64,000 bases of DNA, from NCBI RefSeq assembly GCF_963921235.1, contig NC_086110.1, positions 15,624,001-15,688,000 on the forward strand. Direction: 5' to 3'. The translations under genes were made by a program, and so were the position numbers. A model generated the notes under the pieces. That model saw only the letters and a program-made list of their open reading frames with translations. It was not told where the DNA came from and searched no databases. Positions 35,975 through 47,514 of this stretch are shown here, piece by piece. Numbering within the stretch: position 1 is the stretch's first letter; the number at the start of each line of letters is the position of its first letter. The DNA comes from Mobula hypostoma. Taxonomy: Eukaryota.

Positions 35975-37720
35975 GCATAATTACCTGAAAGGGAGGAATC
36001 ATACAAATCTGTCCAGCCTGCGAAAATTCTCCTGTGCTTCAACTGCCTCTTGCAGACCACTCCATCATTGACCCTACGGTTACCGTCTTCATCCAGAGAG
36101 AAAGGAGAACTGTCTCACTGGATCACCATTTCCATCATTGAAGTCACAGCCATTTCGGTAAATGCTCAGAAGTGGGGATGCAGATGTATAGTTTATCATG
36201 ATTATTGTTACTAGAGTGGACCATGAGTTCCTCGAAAGTATGTTCTTGAGTCAATAGGCAGGAGTTATTAAAACTGAGTGTGCCATTTCTTCATTGAATG
36301 CAGTGTTCAAAAAGGCAGGTGGAGTACTGAGTGTGGATCCCCTTTTGTACTGTGCCAGTCACCTCATGCTCCCCAGTTCCGAGCACCATAGGACCACAGG
36401 TTCTGTGTTAGATATCCTAAGACTAGATGTAGAGTTGCTTTATCAGCACCGGATCTTCCCCGCTTCCCTTTGCACTTGCCAGCCCACCACCAGCATGAAT
36501 ATCTAAAGAAGGTGGTGAGGTCCTCTCTTCTTGGTGATGGTAACTGCCTTGCCCCCTTGTAGTCTGCATATTAATTGCCTGAGTTGTCCCAGGTCTCAGA
36601 TTCTGCTGTGCATGAGTAAAGACTACCACTTTGTGTGAGATGTAGTGATTAGAACTGGATGCTGTGCAGCCGTTAGCAAACATCACCACCTCTGACCTTG
36701 TGACACTGAAGCTTTTGGAGATAGTTAGGCCACCTCCACTGAGAAATTCCTGCCATGAAATCCAGTCCCAACAATCATCTTTCTTTGTGTTTATGATGCT
36801 TCCGGTCAATGAAATGTTTACCAGTGACTAATGGAGGTGTGAAGATGCAGCTTCAAATCAATGCTGATTATGCAATACTTTACTGGATAGATGCATCCAT
36901 GACAAGTAGACTGATGAGGAAGAGATGAAGATACTTCCTTCTTATGGACTCTCAGAATAACCAGATTGGCTTTCTATACCTTGGCCAATAATGGCGATAT
37001 CAAACTACCATTGCTAATGGGCACTGAAGTCCCCATGGACATTGAAGTTCACCCAGAGATAATCTTCTGAGCAATGGTCAATCTGAAAGTAGCTGAGGAA
37101 GACCCTAGATGGTGATCAGTAGGAGAGTTCTGAGAAGCCGTGATCCTACATTATTGAAACTTCCTAGGACCATTGTATTGCAGAGTGATGCCACATCTGG
37201 CAATTCTGTCACCCAGTGGATGGCACACATCCAGGAATTTTTGTGGATGTTGCCATGCTGGTTTCTCTGTGGAACAATTCTCCCAGTCTTGGCTCAATGT
37301 TGACGAGAAAGACTTTGCAGGATGATTGAACAGAGCCGTTTTTTCCCCATCTATTGCTGTATCTTAATGCCAGGTAGTCTGCTAGATTTATTCCTATATT
37401 GTTCATCATAATATTTCAAGGTACTGAGTGCCTCACTGGGTGAGTTTAGAAGGCAATTAGGATCAATGCCAACGGCTGCGGCCCTGGAGTCATATATAGG
37501 TAGACCACACAAGGTCAGCAAAGTTACCTTCCCTGAAGGACATTAGAAAACTGGATGGAGTTCTAATGCAACACTGGAGTTCCTTGGTCATGATTGTTGT
37601 ACTAGATTTTTAAATTGAGGGTTTATTTAATGTTTTGAATGATGACATGATGGCATTTTGAACATGTGCTTCCATTACCACCCTAACTCCTCTTCTTTTG
37701 TCTCGAATGCATGTCTCACT
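35975..37720 (-). mobile_element. Old CR1-group LINE 5' portion (APE endonuclease region + 5'UTR), heavily decayed
   Basis: ggacattgaagttcacccagag reads as a (G)DFNV-like motif on minus; 37420-37720 reverse-homologous to 12945-13135. Confidence 0.5.
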
Positions 37721-37764
37721 GTGCCATTATCATCAAGCAGGGCACCGACTCTTGTATAATTGAG

Positions 37765-37925
37765 GAATTGAATTGAATTGACTTAATTACTTACATCCTT
37801 CGTACACATGAGGAGTAAAAATCATCACGTTATGTCTCTAAATGTGCAATTTGTAGTACTTTGTAATAAATAGTATCTACAACAGGACAGTCAATATAAC
37901 ATAGAAGTAGAATCATATCAGCATG
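37765..37925 (-). mobile_element. LINE 3' tail fragment
   Basis: (gaatt)n followed by acttaattacttacatccttcgtacacatgaggagtaaaaatc. Confidence 0.5.
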
Positions 37926-38107
37926 AAGAGCACACACATAGATTAAAAGTGGGATGCCAGCCTGGTAAAGCAGACTTTTGAACATTTGAGACAAGAAACT
38001 AAAGTATCCAAATCCGGACCTGAGAGAAGGTGAGGGAGGTTTGGGAGAGTGTGTGGGAGACTAAGGTGTATCAAGTCCTGGTGTATCAAACACACCAGCT
38101 GTTATAA

Positions 38108-38368
38108 TACATAGAATATAAAATGTTACAGCACAGTACAGGCCCTTCGGCCCACAATGTTGTGCCGACCTTATAACCTACTCTAAGATCAATCTAACTC
38201 TTCCCTTCTACATAGCCCTCCATTTTTCTATCATCCATATGCCTCCATATGCCTATCTAAGAGTTTCGTAAATGCCCCAAATGTATCTGGCTCTACCACC
38301 ACCCCTGCAGGGGTGGCTATCCATTCAATCTATGCCTCTTATCATCTTGTACACCTCTATCAAGTCAC
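38108..38368 (-). mobile_element. CR1-type LINE 3' fragment
   Basis: acagcacagtacaggcccttcggcccacaatgttgtgcc..cacctctatcaagtcac. Confidence 0.75.
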
Positions 38369-38659
38369 AAACTGCAGAATCACTTTGTCATTGACAACAC
38401 TTCCATTTAGTCAAAGACACTTCTTCAGTAATAGTCAAACTTACTCATTAGGGAAACTGAGGCTCAGACGCCTCAGACATGTACGTGGTGGCTCCAGTGA
38501 TGGGGCAACAGTGTTAGCCAATGGGAATATTGTGACAGAGCAATGGCCAGTGAAGAGGGGCTACTGGAGATTTGGCAATCACATGGCAATCAAATTACTA
38601 GAAAAGAACTAATACATTCAAACAAAGATTCTGATTTTAACAGATTAAGAATGGGCTAG

Positions 38660-39575
38660 GGTCTTGTTCACATTCAGAGACAACCTGTCTCTGAATGTGA
38701 ACAAAACAAAAGAGATGGTTGTTGACTTCAGGAGAGCATGGAGCGACTGCTCTCCGCTGAACATTGACAACTCCTCCGTAGAGATCATTAAGAGCACCAA
38801 ATTTCTTGGTGTTCACCTGACGGAGGATCTCACCTGGTCCCTCAACACCAGCTCCACAGCCAAGAAAGCCCAGCAGCGTCTCTATTTTCTGTGAAGGCTG
38901 AGAAAAGTCCATCTCCCCCACCCCATCCTCACCACATTCTACAGAGGATGTAGTGAGAGCATCCTGAGCAGCTGCATCACTGCCTGGTTCGGGAATTGTA
39001 CCGTCTCGGATCGCAAGACCCTGCAGCGGGTAGTGAGGTCAGCTGAGAAGATCATCGGGGTCTCTCTTCCCGCCATCTCAGACATTTACACCACATGCTG
39101 CACCCGTAAAGCCAACAGCATTCTGAAGGACCCCACGTACCCCTCATACAAACTCTTCTCCCTCCTGCCATCTGGTAAAAGGTACCGAAGCATTCGGGCT
39201 CTCACAACCAGACTGTGCAACAGTTTCTTCCCCCCAATCCACCAGACTCCTTAATACCCAGAGACTAGACTGACTTCTACATCATTTATTATTATATTGT
39301 AATTTGTCCTCTACTGTGCCTATTGTCTTGTTTATTAATTATTGTACTGCCCTGCACTGTTTTGTGCACTTTATGTAGTCCTGAGCAGGTCTGTAGTCTT
39401 CTGCGTTGTCTTACGCAGTCTAGTGTAGCCTGGTGCTGTCTCACAGAGTCTAGTGTAGTTTTGTGTTGTTTCATGTAGCACCATGGTCCTGGAGGAACAT
39501 TGTTTCGTTTTTACTGTGTACTGTACCAGCAGTTTATGGTCGAAATGACAATAAAAAGTGACTTGACTTGACTTG
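38660..39575 (+). mobile_element. Rex1/Babar-type LINE 3' fragment, well preserved
   Basis: [44 protein letters not shown]; LFSLLPSGKRYRS..TRLCNSFFP; ~30-bp UTR repeats 39365-39475; (gactt)n tail. Confidence 0.9.
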
Positions 39576-40296
39576 TGGTGAGAAAACATTGTCTTCTGTA
39601 AACAGTTATAAATTAGTCAAAATTATCTCAACATCAATGAATTATACCTGTTGTGTTTTGTACTTGTCAGCTGTAAATGTACATCTTCAATGAACACAAA
39701 TAATCCTCAATCCATTACTGGTGGTTCATAAATACCGACCAACTCAGTCAAAAGTGGCGAAGTGAGTGAGAAATGACTGGAGTTTGTCTTGCATTTTACT
39801 TGAAGCTTTTGAGTGAAATTACACCAAATGATTGCTCTGCCCCTGTAAATCATATCCTTCTGCGTAGAAGTGCATTTCATGGAGCATGTGTAATGCTCTG
39901 ATCATCAGTGGTTGGAGTAAACTAGCTCAGCAGCAGCTCCAGGCTGAGTTATGGAACCCTTTGGCTGCTATGAAACTTGCTGTGTGTGGAACATTGCAGA
40001 CTCACAGTTGGCTTCACTCAAGTAACTTCACTACACCTGGTGCTCCTACTGAAGTAAAGAAAGACTGGTTCAAAAATAACTCTTCCCATGTAACACATGC
40101 TTAATACAGCTTCCAGTACCCTGAAGAATTGCCCTTTCTGAATTAGAAAGTGTAGGGAATAATCAGGATGCGCTAAGTTAGAGATGCTTTCTTACATGCT
40201 TCACTAGTGAAATAACTGAACTTGTTTCTATATCTCCTTACAATTCAGGAGATCATTCAGTCCATCAAATCTATGCAGCTAATAGACCAATACCAT

Positions 40297-40580
40297 GGAG
40301 TGGCATGGTAGTGTAATGGTTAGCACTTTACACCAGAGACCAGATTCAATTCCTGTCGCTGTCTGTAAGGAGTCTGTACATTCTCCCCTGACCGTGTGGG
40401 TTTCCTCTGGGTGCTCTGGTTTCCTCCCACAGTCCAAAGATGTACTGGTTCATAGGTTAATTGGTCATTGTAAATTGTCCCATGATTAGGCTAGGGTTAA
40501 ATTGGGTGTTGCTGGATGGCACAGATGACAGGGTCTATTCTGCGCTGTATGTCAATAAATCAGAAAATAAATAAATAAGT
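40297..40580 (+). mobile_element. V-domain tRNA-derived SINE, near full length
   Basis: A-box tagtgtaatgg, B-box gattcaattcc, V core gtgggtttcctctgggtgctctggtttcctcccacagtccaaaga, (aaat)n tail. Confidence 0.8.
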
Positions 40581-40689
40581 TACCACTGATTCACCCTGTA
40601 AATTATTCACAAATTCCACCAATCCCTTTGAAATCCAGGGGCAATATACAGAGGCTAATGAACCCACTAACTGGCAAGTTTTGGGATAT

Positions 40690-41120
40690 AGATTCAGATT
40701 CAGATTTATTTATCACGTACGTGGAAACGCACAGCGAAATATGCCACTTGTGTTAGCAACCAACACACCAAATATATGCTGGGGGGGCAGGTCGCAAGTG
40801 ACACCATACGTGCTGGCACCAACATAGCATGCCAACCATGCTTGGCAGAACACAAGAAGTGACAAACGCCGTTCCTCCCTGCTCATACAGAGTCCCCTAA
40901 CCCTAGTACAAATCTTCTTTCAGCCCCCAGCCTTCAGTGTGCTCCTGGATTTGTGGGCGTTGGACCTATGACTTTCCAAGCGGGCTTGCAGAGACTCGTA
41001 GGCTTGGAGCTCCGACTATCGGGACTCGACTTCTGGACTTTTGATTGACCTTTGGGCTTCGATTTTCAACATCGATTCAGGACTCGCTGATGATGATGGA
41101 TGAGGACCCAAAATCAATGC
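40690..41120 (-). mobile_element. Tail-family element
   Basis: (gattca)n tttatttatcacgtac..ccaacacacc..ggcaccaacatagcatgcc. Confidence 0.6.
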
Positions 41121-42004
41121 TGAAGAGGAGAGTGAACCCTGTGGGAAATTCGTGTGTTCATAGGGAGGAAATAGAAATGCTCACAGATAGCACTGGAGTT
41201 CAGATCTGAACACAGATCACCAGACCTATGAGGCAGCAGGCCACCAGCTACACCAATGTGCTGCACTACTGACATCATTTAGAATTTGTTATTCAACAAA
41301 CATTCCTCCTCATCAGCAATAGCCAGTTCTCACTGGAATGAGAAGGCCTCAGTCCAATTTAACTGGGTAGTAATCCAAAGGGTTCTGTGCCAGGTATCGG
41401 CTCAGTGCATAGGATATGAATAATTACACCTTTTTTGTTGAGGAAGAGCAGCAACATGATTATAGATGGGTCCTATCTCTTTATTAAAATCCAAGCTCTC
41501 TGCAGTTACAATCTCAGTTCTTCAGGGAGTCATCTTTTGGTATCAGGTCACAAGGTTTAACAGAATCCAATTACAGTTCTTAAAGAGTTTGATGCAAACC
41601 TATTTGATTAAAACACAAGTCTATTACAAGCAACGTCTTCCTTTTTTGTCACAGATGAAGAGTAAAGCAAGTCTCCTGCCCTTCTAGAGTCTAATAATAT
41701 GTGCTGTGAGTCCGAGAATGCATATTAGACTCCAGAAGATTAGCTCAGTTCCTGACTATTCACAGTGGAAGTGTGTTGTTTTTCCCTCAGGAATGAACGG
41801 GTGCCTGCAGTGTTGTCTTGGTTACCCTAAGGTACTCTGCCACTTTGCCTCCATGTTGAAGAAGTAAGCAGTGACTAGCATGGGAGCTGGAAGACCAGAA
41901 CATCAGCACTGCACTCCCTGGTGTCTGGTTGAGAGGCTAGTTGATACAGTAACTGGGTCCACGTTAAGAAAAGGGCCTTGTTGCTTTTGCTGGTCGTTTA
42001 AAGC

Positions 42005-42305
42005 TAAAGATTAAAGTTCATCTTTATTTGTCACATGTACATCAAAACATACAGTGAAACGCATCGTTTGCATCAAGTCAAATCAAATCAAATCAAAAGT
42101 TCTGCTGTGCAGCCTGGAAGTGTCGCTGTACTTCTGGCACCAAGGTAGCATGCCCACAACTTACCAACATTGACCGAATGCAGGAAGAAACCGGAGCACC
42201 TGGAGCAAACCACATGGTCGCAGGAAAAGTATACTAACTCCTTACAGAGTACAGCTTAAACTGAGTCCGCTCCAATAGCGTTACACTACTGTGCTAACAC
42301 ACTGC
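42005..42305 (-). mobile_element. V-domain SINE carrying the tail-family 3' end
   Basis: tttatttgtcacatgtacatcaaaacatacagtgaa tail + gaagaaaccggagcacctggag V core. Confidence 0.65.
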
Positions 42306-42617
42306 TCCTCACTGCCATTTCTAAAGTCATTGGTGTGAGTGCTGACTACCAGGAGTGCAGCATTCCCAGACCAGGAATTTCCTCCTTTCGAACCTGGACA
42401 CAGGTTCCAAATCTGACAACTGAATCTCAGAATTATGATATCTACAACAATGAATAATATAAGCAATAGGTGGCCTGTCAGCTTCTATCACAAGCCTATA
42501 TCTCATTAATGAAAATCAACAACATTCATATGGTGGAACTTCACATGAAGTTTGAACAGACTTCAAATGGTGGAAATATAAAATTCTAAGTGAGAGAAAC
42601 TCAGGATCTGTCATCAA

Positions 42618-42825
42618 AGATTCAAAGATACAAAGTTCATTTATTATCAAAGGATATATAAATTTTACAACCTTGAGATTTGTTTGCTTACAGGCAGCTA
42701 CAACGCAGGAAATCTGAAAGAACCCAATTAAAGAAAAAAATAAAAAGACCAACTTCCAAAGTGCAAGAGAAAGGAAAATGAATTCATACACACAACTGAA
42801 GCAAACAATATTCTGCACCAGAATG
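42618..42825 (-). mobile_element. Rex-type LINE 3' tail
   Basis: aaagattcaaagatacaaagttcatttattatcaaagga. Confidence 0.55.
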
Positions 42826-44607
42826 AGAGGGTGACAGATTCTAAATGGGGATGGTCAATGCTTGTCCCTTGTATAACTTGAAGATTCCTTGCTCTTTCTC
42901 AGTCCTTGCCAAAGATTGTTCAAATCTTGCTGTATGCTGCCCGCCTGGTGTTTCACTTGCCAAAGGAGCTGTAACTGGAATTTTACATCGTGCAACATTC
43001 CTCTTGAAGACCCAACGGTGGATGTGTAACAGTTTTGTGCAGTTACGGCATGACATAGCAGGACAATGCTTTATTTGAAAACCTACAGCCTCTCATTTGC
43101 AGTGCACATAAACCAGACAAATTTGATGTTAACATTAGGAAGCGCTGAGAGAGACTTTTCTTTCTAGAATCTGATGTACCTGTTTGCTTTAATGAGGAGA
43201 AAATCAGAAGCCACACTAAATCACTGGGGCACCTTCAAACCCAGGTCTATAGAACTAGTTCTTCAATAAAAAAATTACAAAAAAAAACTATTAAAATCAG
43301 TTGGTAAATATTCAATTGATATTTCTCAAAGCAAGAAATCTAAAAGAACCCAATTAAAAAAAAAATAAAACAACCAACATCCGATGTGCAAGAGAAAGGA
43401 AAAAAAATATCTTACATGGTTTTAGAATTAAAAACTTTAAAACTTCAGGTGGTTATCATCATTAAAGTAATCATCTTGGGAATGGACAGCTCTGGCTAGC
43501 AGCCAAAGAGATAGTTTGGTGTCCTCAGAAGAAGGTCACATTCTGTCTATAGCGTGACTCTGCTTTGGTAGCTCTGTGCTCTGATTAGGCTGCTACGAGT
43601 AATGACCTGCCACAGGTCGGTGATGTGTTCAGTCTGGGGTGAGTCTGATCTCATCAGCCGATACAAAGCACATGGTTGCTGCACAATAAACAAAACTGAT
43701 GATAGTTCTCTGTAATTTAGGATTGTTCCTAAATAGTTCCTGTAATTTAGGATAGATTATTGTGCAAAGATGGGGAGAAAAGCAAATAACATTTTTATTT
43801 AAATTCGGTAAAATCAGATATAATTGTAACATTTAATTTGAGTAATTTAAAAAGTTACTTAAAATAGAATACCAAATTTACTAATTAAAAGAATATTTCA
43901 CTGATGGTTAAAATGAAGTTATTTATGACTTTGAATAAGCTGCTTAGGAGGTTTTCTTTCCCGTTAGATTGTGTCCCGTGTTCTCTGCTTTGTGGTCATA
44001 CCAAGTTCCCTACCCAGAACCTTTATCTGCACAACACTATTAATCAAAGTACAGGGTGCTTCTCTCCAGGGTCCCACCCAACATTGATATCACTTTGTTA
44101 CCTACCTGGCTGCCGTTGCTGCACGCGTTAACTGCCACGATTCCTGGTGACCATACTTCAGCAAGCAATGCATTATCAATTTTGTAATGTGCGGAAGTGC
44201 TGTTTAAATGAAAATATTTGTTGCTTCTTGCTAGAGGAGGAAGTTTTATGGAAGTTAGTGGCACACATATAAAATAAAACTAAAATATAATGCCAAACCC
44301 AACATAAGCCAGAACACTGGCAATATTTTCCTTAGTCGGCCCAGCCTGACCTGCTCACTAACCTGATGGAGGAGTATCTCAGGGATGCTACTATCTGTAA
44401 ACCTAGCATGTGCTCTCTCCTCTGAGCAGTATTTGAACAGCTTCTCTGTCTGTTTTCCCTTTGCCCTCTCTTTTTCCAGTCAAACTCACTGGCTTTCTGA
44501 CCCAAAGACTTCCCGAGGCCAAGCTGCATTTCCTTGGGTCTCTCTTTCCTTTCTGCCACATCTTTTTCTCCTGGCTGGACACTTCTGCTCCGAGAGTGAA
44601 CTTGAGA

Positions 44608-44685
44608 AGTCCTGATGAAGGGTCTTGGCCCAAAACGTTGACTGTTCGTTTCCATGGATGCTGCCTGACCTGCTGAGTTCCTCCA
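44608..44685 (+). mobile_element. Older hammerhead-bearing Penelope 3' end (left part; continues at 46541-46558)
   Basis: agtc-CTGATGA-agggtcttggccc-AAAAC-GTT-gact..gctgagttcctcca, resuming gcgtgttgtgcgtgttgc after the insert. Confidence 0.75.
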
Positions 44686-44748
44686 ACCACACACATCAAA
44701 GTTGCTGGTGAACGCAGCAGGCCAAGCAGCATCTGTAGGAAGAGGTAC

Positions 44749-44784
44749 AGTCGACGTTTCAGGCCGAGACCCTTCGTCAGGACT
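44749..44784 (-). ncRNA. Minimal type I hammerhead ribozyme (intact core)
   Basis: agtc-CTGACGA-a-gggtctcggcct-GAAAC-GTC-gact; stem I agtc/gact; palindromic ACGU in place of stem III. Confidence 0.75.
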
Positions 44785-45076
44785 AACTGAAGGAAGAGTA
44801 AGTGAGGGATTTAGAAGCTGGAGGGGGAGGGGGAGATCCAAAATGATAGGAGAAGACAGGAGGGGGAGGGATAGAGCCGAGAGCTGGACAGGTGATTGGC
44901 AAAAGGGGATACCAGAGGATCATGGGACAGGAGGTCCGGGAAGAAAGACGGGGGGGGGTGACCCAGAGGATGGGCAAGAGGTATATTCAGAGGGACAGAA
45001 GGAGAAAAAGGAGAGTGAGAGAAAGAATGTGTGCATAAAAATGAGTAACAGATGGGGTACGAGGGGGAGGTGGGGC

Positions 45077-46438
45077 CTAGCGGAAGTTAGAGAAGTCAAT
45101 GTTCATGCCATCAGGTTGGAGGCTACCCAGACGGAATATAAGGTGTTGTTCCTCCAACCTGAGTGTGGCTTCATCTTTACAGTAGAGGAGGCCGTGGATA
45201 GACATGTCAGAATGGGAATGGGATGTGGAATTAAAATGTGTGGCCACTGGGAGATCCTGCTTTCTCTGGCAGACAGAGCGCAGGTGTTCAGCAAAGCGGT
45301 CTCCCAGTCTGCGTCGGGTCTCACCAATATATAAAAGGCCACATCGGGAGCACCGGACGCAATATATCACCCCAGTCGACTCACAGGTGAAGTGATGCCT
45401 CACCTGGAAGGACTGTTTGGGGCCCTGAATGGTGGTAAGGGAGGAAGTGTAAGGGCATGTGTAGCACTTGTTCCGCTTACACGGATAAGTGCCAGGAGGG
45501 AGATCAGTGGGGAGGGATGGGGGGGACGAATGGACAAGGGAGTTGTGTAGGGAGCGATCCCTGCGGAATGCAGAGAGAGGGGGGGAGGGAAAGATGTGCT
45601 TAGTGGTGGGATCCCGTTGGAGGTGGCGGAAGTTACGGAGAATAATATGTTGGACCCGGAGGCTGGTGGGGTGGTAGGTGAGGACCAGGGGAACCCTATT
45701 CCTAGTGGGGTGGTGGGAGGATGGAGTGAGAGCAGATGTACGTGAAAAGGGGGAGATGCGTTTAAGAGCAGAGTTGATAGTGGAGGAAGGGAAGCCCCTT
45801 TCTTTAAAAAATGAAGACCTCTCCCTCGTCCTAGAATGAAAAGCCTCATCCTGAGAGCAGATGCGGCGGAGACGGAGGAATTGCGAGAAGGGGATGGCGT
45901 TTTTGCAAGAGACAGGGTGAGAAGAGGAATAGTCCAGATAGCTGTGAGAGTCAGTAGGCTTATAGTAGACATCAGTGGATAAGCTGTCTCCAGAGACAGA
46001 AACAGAAAGATCTAGAAAGGGGAGGGAGGTGTCGGAAATGGACCAGGTAAACTTGAGGGCAGGGTGAAAGTTGGAGGCAAAGTTAATAAAGTCAACGAGT
46101 TCTGCATGCGTGCAGGAAGCAGCGCCAATGCAGTCGTCGATGTAGCGAAGGAAAAGTGGGGGACAGATACCAGAATAGGCACGGAACATAGATTGTTCCA
46201 CAAACCCAACAAAAAGGCAGGCATAGCTAGGACCCATACGGGTGCCCATAGCTACACCTTTAGTTTGGAGGAAATGGGAGGAGCAAAAGGAGAAATTATT
46301 AAGAGTAAGGACTAATTCCGCTAGACGGAGCAGAGTGGTGGTAGAGGGGAACTGATTAGGTCTGGAATCCAAAAAGAAGCGTAGAGCTTTGAGACCTTCC
46401 TGATGGGGGATGGAAGTATATAAGGACTGGACATCCAT
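45077..46438 (-). CDS. Penelope-like reverse transcriptase + GIY-YIG endonuclease (5'-truncated ORF)
   Basis: RT motifs DVQSLYTSIP, GVAMGTRMGPSYACLF, RYIDD; Cys motif CKRNKCYTC; GVIYCVRCSRCGLLYIGET..RFAEH; frame stays open 30 codons upstream (SLPTYVRETSHAL..) to the truncation point. Confidence 0.9.
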   Translation of the reverse strand: MDVQSLYTSIPHQEGLKALRFFLDSRPNQFPSTTTLLRLAELVLTLNNFSFCSSHFLQTKGVAMGTRMGPSYACLFVGFVEQSMFRAYSGICPPLFLRYIDDCIGAASCTHAELVDFINFASNFHPALKFTWSISDTSLPFLDLSVSVSGDSLSTDVYYKPTDSHSYLDYSSSHPVSCKNAIPFSQFLRLRRICSQDEAFHSRTRERSSFFKERGFPSSTINSALKRISPFSRTSALTPSSHHPTRNRVPLVLTYHPTSLRVQHIILRNFRHLQRDPTTKHIFPSPPLSAFRRDRSLHNSLVHSSPPSLPTDLPPGTYPCKRNKCYTCPYTSSLTTIQGPKQSFQVRHHFTCESTGVIYCVRCSRCGLLYIGETRRRLGDRFAEHLRSVCQRKQDLPVATHFNSTSHSHSDMSIHGLLYCKDEATLRLEEQHLIFRLGSLQPDGMNIDFSNFR

Positions 46439-46558
46439 GGTGAAAATAAAGCGGTGGGGGCCAGGGAACTTAAAATCATCGAAAAGTTTAAGAGCGTGAG
46501 AAGTTTCACGAACATAGGTCGGAAGGGATAAGTTCCTCCAGCGTGTTGTGCGTGTTGC

Positions 46559-47045
46559 AAGAGGTTCAGTTGTTGTTCAGGCCAAACAGCGGAAAAGGGA
46601 AAGAATATGACTTAACATTAGAACGGAGGAGAAATGTGATCTAAGTGACTTTGACCATGGAGTGATTGTTGGTGCCAGATGGGGTGATTTGAGCATCTGA
46701 GAAACTGCTGATCTCCTGGGATTTTCATGCTCAACAATCACTGGAGTTTACAGAGAATGGTGTGAAAAACTGAAAAAACATCCAGAAAGTGGCAGTTTTC
46801 TTGGGCAAAAATGCCTTGTTAATGAGAGAGGTCACAGGCGAAAGGCCAGACTGGTTTGAACTGACAGGAAGGCGACAGTAACACAAATAACTACATGTTA
46901 CCACAGTGGTGTGCAGAAGAGCATCTCTGAATGCACAACACATTGAACCTTGAAGTGGATGGGCTACAGTGTGGAAGACCACAAACACACATTAAGTGGT
47001 CACTTTATTAAATACAGGATGTACCTGATAAAGTGGTCACTGAGA
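46559..47045 (+). mobile_element. Non-autonomous Tc1 deletion derivative (same family as 33378-33797)
   Basis: aaatgtgatctaagtgactttgacc..ggtgccagatgggg; ends cctgataaagtggtcactgag. Confidence 0.75.
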
Positions 47046-47384
47046 TTATATGGTCCTGTTGCAATATTTGCCAAAATCTGGCAAGAATTGTCCACTTCCT
47101 AACAATGAGAAGTAGAAAATAGGAGACCTCCCCCATTCATAAAGTAGTATATATTTACCATGAAGCATGCAGACTCTTCAAACCCCTCTCACACCTGCAG
47201 TGCTGCTTGTATTTGATCAAGCCGCATTTGTAAAGAGGTCTGGGAGAATCCAAACACTTTTGAGATGACTAGTGCCATTGCTCTGCATACAAAAGCATAT
47301 TCCTTCTAATGAATTTGTCGCAATTTCCTCCTGACACACTGGTAACTCTTGTTACCTCTTGTATGGCTCTATAGACTGTTTATG

Positions 47385-47512
47385 AAAACAAGAGATTCTG
47401 CAAATGCTGGAAATCCACAGCAAAACTCACAAAATTCTGGAGGAACTCAGCAAGTCAGGCAGCGTCTATAGAGGGGAATAAACAGTTGACATTTTGGGCT
47501 GAGACCCTTGAT
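47385..47512 (-). mobile_element. Penelope 3'-end fragment, degenerate hammerhead
   Basis: aacaagagattctgcaaatgctgg..ggaggaactcagc..cagttgacattttgggctgagaccct. Confidence 0.65.
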
Positions 47513-47514
47513 AA

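Larger units (their letters stand above)
44686..46530 (-). mobile_element. Young 5'-truncated Penelope-like retroelement; 10-bp TSD
   Basis: agttcctcca at 44676-44685 and 46531-46540; uninterrupted RT-GIY-YIG frame, 3'UTR, hammerhead. Confidence 0.95.

Noticed and set aside
39365-39475. ~30-bp repeats as a CRISPR-like array
   Set aside because: Direct tandem units without unique spacers inside a Rex 3'UTR.
44702-46315. Overlapping plus-strand and alternative-frame ORFs (210, 190, 83 aa etc.)
   Set aside because: Shadow frames of the Penelope ORF and its purine-rich UTR.
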